Of a stretch of 35,707 nucleotides of DNA, positions 29,885 through 35,707 are shown piece after piece. Position numbers and translations under genes: made by a program. Below the pieces are notes generated by a model, which was given only the letters and a program-made list of their open reading frames with translations, had not been told where the DNA came from and did no database searches. The stretch spans positions 1 to 35,707 of the forward strand of contig CALMHN010000061.1 in NCBI GenBank assembly GCA_937863745.1, written 5' to 3'. Source of the DNA: an uncultured bacterium (GTDB lineage: Bacteria > Bacillota_I > Bacilli_A > RF39 > UBA660). Each line of letters starts with the position of its first letter. Position 1 is the stretch's first letter.

Positions 29885-30874
29885 TTACCAAGTTAAATTA
29901 TCCATATGATCAATATTAATTCCAAATATATCTATAATTGGTTCTAGTCTCTTATATATTGCAATATCAAGCATAGCATCTATATCTGGATAAAAAATAG
30001 AGGTATCTAAATTAACTCCTTCAGGTACTGTAATAACATCAATCTGATCGTTTTTAATTAGCAAACCCTCAACACGCATTTGCTTTAATTTCTTATCATA
30101 ATCTTTGATCTTGCTACCATCTACTTTACTTATGGTAAATGTATATCCTCTATCTCCTTCATAAAAGGTAGGACCATATATGACATTGTATATTTTCATG
30201 CCTCTTATAGTCTTTGTCAATACTTTATATTCTCTAGCACCCCATCCACCTGGTACTCCTAAAGTATAATCACCAGCCATAAGTCTGGTTTTATATTCGT
30301 CTATATATTTGTCTATCAGATTTAAAATTTGAAAAGAACTATATTCTTCTCTTAATATCTTATCTATAACATCTTGTAACATCTGTTTGGTAAATCTTGG
30401 GAAATCTGCTCTAACCACCTCCATACCCGTGATACTTAGATCGTCTATTTTCTTTCCTTCTTTGTTGATGATCCATAATGCATACTTCTTCTTTGCATCT
30501 AAGAACATAGCTCTCTTAATAACTAATTCTTCCTTAAATGTAAAGTTATATTTAGTGGCAAGCTCAGAATCACCAGCATTATGCCTTTTAAGCATTTCAG
30601 GAATGATATATGTATTAATATATTCAGAACATTTTCTAACAATCTTTAAAGTAGCTTCTGTCTTTTCATCTTCACTTATTGAATCATATTTATCACCATA
30701 TAAAGATTTGAGCACTGGTTCAATAAAGAGAAACATTGAATCAGTATTATGTACTAAAATGTCATTAGCAAAAAACATATGGTTATTATCAACTTCGATA
30801 TCATATACATACTCTGGTATATTGTTTTCAATTTTCTCAACAGATGTTATTCTTTCCTTTACTATAGACATCAT
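29885..30874 (-). CDS. Family-B DNA polymerase C-terminal fragment: split-intein C-half followed by the motif C / thumb extein
   Basis: The first 43 aa end EYVYDIEVDNNHMFFANDILVHN, matching intein blocks F/G with terminal His-Asn. They are followed by TDSMFLFIEP, the second half of PolB motif C (YGDTDS). The gene has its own GGAGG SD and ATG. Confidence 0.9.
   Translation of the reverse strand: MMSIVKERITSVEKIENNIPEYVYDIEVDNNHMFFANDILVHNTDSMFLFIEPVLKSLYGDKYDSISEDEKTEATLKIVRKCSEYINTYIIPEMLKRHNAGDSELATKYNFTFKEELVIKRAMFLDAKKKYALWIINKEGKKIDDLSITGMEVVRADFPRFTKQMLQDVIDKILREEYSSFQILNLIDKYIDEYKTRLMAGDYTLGVPGGWGAREYKVLTKTIRGMKIYNVIYGPTFYEGDRGYTFTISKVDGSKIKDYDKKLKQMRVEGLLIKNDQIDVITVPEGVNLDTSIFYPDIDAMLDIAIYKRLEPIIDIFGINIDHMDNLTW
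30746..30874 (-). mobile_element. Split intein C-fragment (Int-C, 43 aa)
   Basis: Block F is VYDIEVDNNHMFFAN and block G is ILVHN, followed by +1 Thr (codon 30743-30745). Confidence 0.85.
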
Positions 30875-30893
30875 CTAATACCTCCTCAAAATA

Positions 30894-30915
30894 TACATAT
30901 ATATTATTATAATGA
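30894..30915 (+). promoter_or_regulatory. Promoter-like 22-nt repeat, copy 1 (contains TATAAT)
   Basis: TACATATATATTATTATAATGA is identical to the copy at 31104-31125. TATAAT can be read on both strands here (plus 30908-30913, minus 30906-30911). Confidence 0.5.
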
Positions 30916-31019
30916 TATGGAGTAATCCATATCAATCATATAACATTGCCACAGCAGAACCACCAGGCTCCCTAATAATATATCACATCTGGAGATATAT
31001 ATCTCCAAATTTTTTTAAT
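30916..31019 (+). ncRNA. Candidate small RNA of about 100 nt, hypothetical
   Basis: It starts just after repeat copy 1. It has a 5' hairpin ATATGGA-GTAA-TCCATAT and a comparatively GC-rich core GCCACAGCAGAACCACCAGGCTCCC. A 3' hairpin TGGAGAT-ATAT-ATCTCCA is followed by AAATTTTTTT. No SD-led ORF is present. Confidence 0.25.
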
Positions 31020-31103
31020 TGTCTTTATGGATTAAGTGTAGCATAATATCTCTCACTTATCAAGCATATCAATATTAATTATTACTTTAATAATATAAAA
31101 ATT

Positions 31104-31125
31104 TACATATATATTATTATAATGA
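31104..31125 (+). promoter_or_regulatory. Promoter-like 22-nt repeat, copy 2, upstream of the plus-strand cassette
   Basis: It matches copy 1 exactly over 22 nt and lies 74 nt upstream of the ATG at 31199. Confidence 0.5.
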
Positions 31126-31198
31126 AAGAAGAAGTTTGTAGCTATGTGTTACGAGCTTTTTTCTTTCAAATATTTTTTACTTTTAGGGAGGTATTAGC

Positions 31199-31420
31199 AT
31201 GTTTAAAGTTGTTGTTGAGTCCTTGTTTAATGACAGGTATGGAAAAGGTAAGAGGAAAGAATTTGTTGTCTTAAGCAAAGCTATTGCTATTCAAAAAGCA
31301 ATGGGGTTTAGTAAACATGCTTGTGTAGAAGTTGTAGATGATCTCCATAAACAATGTGTTGCTTATGGTGATCCAATAATAGGATTCAAGGAGATTGAGA
31401 ATTATGAGCACAATTTGTAA
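31199..31420 (+). CDS. Small hypothetical protein, first gene of the plus-strand cassette
   Basis: 73-aa ORF with ATG 7 nt after AGGGAGG. It overlaps the start of the next gene by 17 nt. Confidence 0.6.
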   Translation: MFKVVVESLFNDRYGKGKRKEFVVLSKAIAIQKAMGFSKHACVEVVDDLHKQCVAYGDPIIGFKEIENYEHNL

Positions 31421-31739
31421 TAAGATGTATAAAGCAGTACTGCCAACTACAGTATTGCCAAAAGATGGAATTTATCAGGTAAGGACACTTGAGACCTTAC
31501 CTGATATCACTGGGGTGCCTCATTATATAGGGCATCCTGCAACGAAGGTAATTGTAGAACAGCTTGGAGCAGTTGAAGCTTCCTCCAAGCTGTTCCAAGG
31601 ATTGGATGTTGGCGAAGCTGTTGTATGTTTTGCCATCAAGCAAGGAAGAAGTACTAGAAAGGATGATGGGTTCACAACTCCTCATCAAGAAGTTAACATT
31701 GATGATCTTTCTGTAAGAGAGATCATCAGATTAGAGTAA
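31404..31739 (+). CDS. DUF1874 family protein (AcrIII-1 / STIV B116 / YddF-like); candidate cyclic-oligoadenylate ring nuclease
   Basis: YKAVLPTTVLPKDGIYQV...HYIGHPATKVIVEQLG......VGEAVVCFAIKQGRSTRKDDG...VREIIRLE follows the DUF1874 pattern seen in SIRV1 gp29 and B116. That pattern is N..SINML...(I/A)IGHDSTI.L(I/V)N.LCG...., then (E/G)D(K/E)(L/A), a hydrophobic run and QRLEEGK. I place the start at ATG 31404, 10 nt after AAGGAG. The ORF track's TTG at 31395 is less likely. GC is about 40-47% against about 25% in the flanks. Confidence 0.65.
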   Translation: MSTICNKMYKAVLPTTVLPKDGIYQVRTLETLPDITGVPHYIGHPATKVIVEQLGAVEASSKLFQGLDVGEAVVCFAIKQGRSTRKDDGFTTPHQEVNIDDLSVREIIRLE

Positions 31740-31745
31740 TAGAAA

Positions 31746-31781
31746 ATGGAAATGATCTGAGAATACTCAGGTCATTTCCAT
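31746..31781 (+). terminator. Hairpin downstream of the DUF1874 gene, terminator or attenuator
   Basis: A 16-bp stem, ATGGAAATGATCTGAG / CTCAGGTCATTTCCAT, with one mismatch and loop AATA. The U-tract is weak. Confidence 0.45.
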
Positions 31782-31814
31782 AAATACATAATTAAGAATA
31801 AGGAGATGACAATA

Positions 31815-32306
31815 ATGAAAAAATTAACAAAATTATTTGTTTTATCTTTTATTATAAGCTACTTCTGTATAAATACAGGATTAGCATATGGGAATAATCT
31901 ACATTTAGGAACAATTCCAAATGTAGATTATAAAATAGCTGAAAATAATGGTAATAATACTATCACCATCAATGAAAGTGGTACATCTAACATTGATGTA
32001 GTGTTAGATGAATATGGTGATGTTTGCTTTAATATTAATAAAATAAATCTCTATTTTACTGCAAATATATTTGCTGTGTTAGATATCTTAACACAGCTTG
32101 ATGTAATTGAGCCAGGCTCATATAGAAATATGATTTTGGATGACAATGGAGTGACATTTGAAGTTGGTGTCAACTCTGTGAAAAAGGATAACGTCATGAT
32201 GTGCATTAGTAATCAAGATATATCACTAATTCTAGACATTAAAACACCTAAACAGTTTCAATGTCTAGAAGATATAGAAAACAATATTCGCTCCTTATTT
32301 AAATGA
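31815..32306 (+). CDS. Secreted protein of unknown function (signal peptide)
   Basis: I place the start at ATG 31815, 9 nt after AAGGAG. The N-terminus MKKLTKLFVLSFIISYFCINTGLAYG-NN is a classic signal peptide. Confidence 0.65.
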   Translation: MKKLTKLFVLSFIISYFCINTGLAYGNNLHLGTIPNVDYKIAENNGNNTITINESGTSNIDVVLDEYGDVCFNINKINLYFTANIFAVLDILTQLDVIEPGSYRNMILDDNGVTFEVGVNSVKKDNVMMCISNQDISLILDIKTPKQFQCLEDIENNIRSLFK

Positions 32307-32313
32307 AATAGAT

Positions 32314-32356
32314 AAAGATATCAAGCGTGATTAAATGAATCACGCTTGATATCTTT
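32314..32356. terminator. Bidirectional terminator between the cassette and the polymerase N-fragment
   Basis: A perfect 19-bp stem, AAAGATATCAAGCGTGATT / AATCACGCTTGATATCTTT, with loop AAATG and T-rich flanks on both strands. Confidence 0.8.
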
Positions 32357-32382
32357 TATTTAAGTAGTATATTTCACTATAT

Positions 32383-35300
32383 TTATTTTTGGTTTGTCAA
32401 TACAAGATCAGAATCCAATATCTCATTTGGTTTAACTTGCATTAATTGTCCGTCTCTCTCAACCATAATAGAATGGTCTTCAGTTACAATTAATTCTTTT
32501 CCACTTTCAGTTCTGATTCTATACATTGGTTTATTAACTTTATGTCGTGACATATTATTTATTGGTCTATATACAGCATCAGAATCTTCATATGTAAGTA
32601 CTTTGTCATTTGCAAAGATATATTCTCTTCCTATATAATTCATAAGTTTGTATTCCTTATGCCTTTCAAATAGATCTTTGATTGGTATACCTTCTGGATA
32701 TTGTTCAGTATTTATTTTTGTATTTTCATCAACAGAATCACCATACACTATATTCTCCAGTACATCAGCATCAAGAAATTTTGTATCAAATTCATATGGT
32801 TCAATATCCATCTTATGAGCATCTCTCATTTTATTTAAATACTGATGAATATGATATGCACCCATTGTTACTATTTCTCTTCCAGATGCAGTTATAGTCT
32901 CTGCAGATGGAAAATGAAACAGTCGAAAATATTGATTAGCAATTCCACCATATAGTGAGTTAGTAAGAACCTTATAAGTAAATTGCCAGTTATTATATCT
33001 TTCTGCTAACATATGATTATTATTCTCAATAGCTTTAAACATTTCATTTTTATATCGTTTGCGTTCTCTAATAAGCATATCTATAATTTCATAATAAACT
33101 GATAATTTTGTATTATGATTGACATACATTGTACCCATTATTGTTATTATTAAATTGTATTTAGTTATAGTCTCATGTAATTTCTGTACTGTTATCTGTT
33201 TAACATTTAAATTCTTATCTTCATAATTAATAAGTCTATCTGGTTGAGATAATAATTCATCTCTATTATAGATATACTCACGAGCTATATATTCATCTAC
33301 CTTACCAACATAGGTGTCAATAGAAATATTATATCGTGCTATGATATATGGATATAGAGAAGAAAGATCCAAATCAGCCAACCAGTTATATAATCCTTTT
33401 AATGGTTTTCTTACAAAAGCACCTTTGAGCTTTTCTGTTTTCTGATCATTATCTTTATCATATTCATATTTTTTACATATAACTGTCTTATTTTGTTTAT
33501 CTAATGTTGTAAATAGAATACCATCTATAATTGGAAGTGTGCTGAATGATTCCTCCCAACTGATGTTGGTAGCTCTTATAATGTTAAATTGAATATCAAT
33601 ATATTTAAGTTTATTGTCCAACTTTCTAACAAGATGAACATCATTAATATTATAAGCAATGAATCTATTGGGATCTGATAACCACATATCATCAAATCGT
33701 TTGTCAAGAGACAGTTTCTTTATACCAAGTTCAAATTCAGCAATAAAACCAAGTGTATAAGATTCTCTTTTACTAAATGTTCTTTTCTTATACAAGGTTA
33801 AATAATCACATTCCACGACATATGGAATGTATGGTTTATTAGTTCTCTCATTAATAAAAATACGACCATATTTGTTTTTACATTCTATTCCAAGATATTG
33901 TGATCTATTAATAATAAATGGCCAGTCAAATGCTGATGAGTTCCATCCTGTTACAAGATCAGGATCTATTTCATCAAATTTTTGAATAAAACCATTCAAC
34001 ATCTTTCTTTCATCATTATATACAAATATTTCAATATTACACTCATCTTTATATTCTAGATGTTTTATTATTTTTTGTTTATCAATGTTCAAATTGAATG
34101 AGTTGTTTATAAATGTATAATAGGTATCAGTATAGTTATCATACAGAGTTATCAACGATATAGCATATCTCTTTGCAGCTGCCATCATGTCATCGAGAAG
34201 CATCATATTGCCATTGAGAAACAATTCTATATCTATAGCAGCAATTCTTAATGGTTGTTCAGTCTCTGTATAAGTGTTTCTAAACTGAATATTCTTATAT
34301 ACTGATAGATTCATATCTCCAAAGACATTAAACCCTTTACTCTTCAAATCATTTATTACATTTATTCTATCTTTAAACGGTACAACTTTGAGCTTTAATT
34401 TATCCTTGTATTCAACAGTATTGTTTGATTTACCATAATACAAAGCATATTTATCATCTGTGGTATGAATTATTTTATCTTGTCCTCTTCTTAATATATA
34501 ATTAACTTCAGATTTAAGATAATTGTATACTGTATTGACTAACATTATATTATCTGATGTATTACTTGTGGTATCAGTATCACTCTTATTGTCATTAACT
34601 GTTTCATATTTAGTATTGTTAGGAATAGGAAATAACTTCCTCACATCATCAGTAGTATAAGACATATGTGGTTGAACATTATCTTTTGATTCTACAGCAT
34701 ATCTTATTTGTTTTAACCTATTAGCAAAAATATCGTATCTGGACATATTTCTGCATATTGCTGATGGATGAATACATGGCAATAATAGATGATCATTATA
34801 TTTATATATCTTTGTCATAGCATCAGTTATCTTATCTGTTATACCAAATCTACTACATGGATAATTACCAAGTGGAACTATAACAGCATCAGCAGGTAAT
34901 TTAGAAATGATTAACTCTAGATTGTCAAAACAATATGCTATCTCATCTTTCATTGGTGGGTTTGATGGTTGATGAAAACATAAACAAACATTCATAACAC
35001 CCCAATGAATATCATTAAAACCAGTATTATCTAATGTTTGTCTTAATAACTGTCCTGCACGTCCAACAAAGGGTTTTCCTTCTTTAATTTCATTGACAGC
35101 TGGTGCTTCTCCAACAAATAATACTTTAACTTGAGATATATCATTTGTTGTAAAATCAAAAATAGTTCTTTGTACATCATCTTTATTAGATTTGCATAAT
35201 GCACATTGTGTAATGAGTCTCTTTTCTATCTCATCTTTCAATGGAGAAATAGTATCTATAGTATCTTCAACATTATTGGAAGAAACAATAGATTCTTGAT

Positions 35301-35667
35301 TAAAACTCTCAGCATTATTTTTTATCATAAGATATGTTTTGATATCTTTTTCTGATAAATAGGGATACTTTAGTTTTAATTGATTTATTTCATCAGTAGT
35401 TTTCTTTGATTTGTTTGACATAAATTGTATTTGTTTGGATCTGTTAATATATCTGTGAAATTCAGATAATTTATCAAAAGGTACATTTCGTGCAAGTATA
35501 GGATTAGTATTAATCAACTGATCTAAGTATATACAAGATAGCACATCATCTTCAGATATATTTAATATTGTGGATACATTAAGTTGCTTGACTGTATCAT
35601 CCAATGAATCAGTCTTATGTTGTATATAATAAATATATTTGGTTAGTGGTGATAACTCTTTTGCCAT
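32383..35667 (-). CDS. Family-B DNA polymerase N-terminal fragment: UDG-like domain, 3'-5' exonuclease, palm motifs A and B, first half of motif C, then split-intein N-half
   Basis: Motifs present are Exo I IAAIDIELF, Exo II GWNSSAFDWPFI, Exo III YNINDVHLV, motif A DLDLSSLYPYII and motif B KVLTNSLYGG. After ...ENIVYGD the sequence continues directly into intein sequence rather than TDS. Confidence 0.92.
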   Translation of the reverse strand: MAKELSPLTKYIYYIQHKTDSLDDTVKQLNVSTILNISEDDVLSCIYLDQLINTNPILARNVPFDKLSEFHRYINRSKQIQFMSNKSKKTTDEINQLKLKYPYLSEKDIKTYLMIKNNAESFNQESIVSSNNVEDTIDTISPLKDEIEKRLITQCALCKSNKDDVQRTIFDFTTNDISQVKVLFVGEAPAVNEIKEGKPFVGRAGQLLRQTLDNTGFNDIHWGVMNVCLCFHQPSNPPMKDEIAYCFDNLELIISKLPADAVIVPLGNYPCSRFGITDKITDAMTKIYKYNDHLLLPCIHPSAICRNMSRYDIFANRLKQIRYAVESKDNVQPHMSYTTDDVRKLFPIPNNTKYETVNDNKSDTDTTSNTSDNIMLVNTVYNYLKSEVNYILRRGQDKIIHTTDDKYALYYGKSNNTVEYKDKLKLKVVPFKDRINVINDLKSKGFNVFGDMNLSVYKNIQFRNTYTETEQPLRIAAIDIELFLNGNMMLLDDMMAAAKRYAISLITLYDNYTDTYYTFINNSFNLNIDKQKIIKHLEYKDECNIEIFVYNDERKMLNGFIQKFDEIDPDLVTGWNSSAFDWPFIINRSQYLGIECKNKYGRIFINERTNKPYIPYVVECDYLTLYKKRTFSKRESYTLGFIAEFELGIKKLSLDKRFDDMWLSDPNRFIAYNINDVHLVRKLDNKLKYIDIQFNIIRATNISWEESFSTLPIIDGILFTTLDKQNKTVICKKYEYDKDNDQKTEKLKGAFVRKPLKGLYNWLADLDLSSLYPYIIARYNISIDTYVGKVDEYIAREYIYNRDELLSQPDRLINYEDKNLNVKQITVQKLHETITKYNLIITIMGTMYVNHNTKLSVYYEIIDMLIRERKRYKNEMFKAIENNNHMLAERYNNWQFTYKVLTNSLYGGIANQYFRLFHFPSAETITASGREIVTMGAYHIHQYLNKMRDAHKMDIEPYEFDTKFLDADVLENIVYGDSVDENTKINTEQYPEGIPIKDLFERHKEYKLMNYIGREYIFANDKVLTYEDSDAVYRPINNMSRHKVNKPMYRIRTESGKELIVTEDHSIMVERDGQLMQVKPNEILDSDLVLTNQK
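32386..32736 (-). mobile_element. Split intein N-fragment (Int-N, 117 aa)
   Basis: It begins with Ser (codon 32734-32736) in SVDENTKI, matching block A. GKELIVTEDHSIMV matches block B (TxxH). The ORF then stops, and there is no endonuclease domain. Confidence 0.85.
34690..35235 (-). other. Family-4 uracil-DNA-glycosylase-like domain fused to the polymerase N-terminus
   Basis: Motif A is GEAPAVNEIKEGKPFVGRAGQLL and motif B is CIHPSAICRN. Four Cys sit at Fe-S-cluster-like positions (QCALCKS and NVCLCFHQPSNPPMKDEIAYC). Confidence 0.75.
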
Positions 35668-35707
35668 GAATTAAAATCCCCCATCATATAATAATCATAT
35701 GGACAAT

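Noticed and set aside
30387-30878. 163-aa plus-strand ORF overlapping the polymerase C-fragment
   Set aside because: It is antisense to a gene with PolB and intein motifs and has no SD. Its composition is hydrophobic and low-complexity.
30912-31046. 44-aa plus-strand ORF (MIWSNPYQSYNIATAEPPGSL...) in the polymerase gap
   Set aside because: It has no SD, its ATG lies inside the TATAAT-containing repeat, and it reads straight through the terminator-like hairpin. The region is better explained as non-coding, either a candidate sRNA or promoter DNA.
16705-31808. TTG- or ATG-extended N-termini in the ORF track at 17577, 20689, 24382, 31395 and 31806
   Set aside because: In each case the proposed first codon lies inside or too close to the SD. 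An in-frame ATG sits 7-12 nt downstream of AGGAGG/AAGGAG, so I moved the starts to 17571, 20665, 24367, 31404 and 31815.
30875-32382. Searched for a free-standing homing endonuclease between the intein halves, as seen in described fractured genes
   Set aside because: None of the three ORFs or the six-frame translations shows LAGLIDADG, GIY-YIG, HNH or His-Cys box motifs. Int-N plus Int-C total 160 aa, which makes a mini-intein without an endonuclease domain.
1-35707. CRISPR arrays, tRNA/rRNA genes, integrase or transposase, DGR (reverse transcriptase plus TR/VR), and stop-codon recoding
   Set aside because: There are no regularly spaced direct repeats and no cloverleaf-capable GC-rich intergenic segments. 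I saw no recombinase or RT motifs. All large genes are uninterrupted under the standard code.

Overview
This window is a 35.7-kb stretch of a very AT-rich tailed dsDNA phage or prophage. It is tightly packed and almost entirely transcribed on the minus strand. Strong AGGAGG-type Shine-Dalgarno sites precede nearly every gene, which points to a low-GC, SD-dependent host, and the standard genetic code is in use. Reading the minus strand from high to low coordinates, the order is as follows. (1) A replication module: a family-B DNA polymerase encoded as two separate genes, then a DnaB-like helicase. (2) Two multi-pass membrane proteins and a large acidic protein. (3) A T4-type head module: gp20-like portal, acidic scaffold-like protein, gp21-like prohead protease, gp23-like major capsid protein. 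(4) A baseplate and fibre module: gp25-like wedge protein, large wedge or receptor-binding proteins, and a repeat-containing tail fibre. (5) A gp17-like large terminase and a gp18-like tail sheath. The standout feature is the polymerase, which is broken exactly inside catalytic motif C (YGD|TDS) by a canonical split mini-intein: the Int-N half is 117 aa and starts with Ser1, and the Int-C half is 43 aa and ends in His-Asn followed by Thr+1. Its N-terminal half also carries a fused family-4 uracil-DNA-glycosylase-like domain with the Fe-S cysteines. The 1.5-kb gap between the two halves holds a plus-strand cassette of noticeably higher GC, with its own promoter-like repeat and hairpin terminators. 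That cassette encodes a DUF1874/AcrIII-1-like ring-nuclease homologue (candidate anti-type III CRISPR / anti-cOA protein), a small unknown protein and a secreted protein. A possible small RNA lies beside it. I found no tRNA, rRNA, CRISPR array, transposase or integrase.
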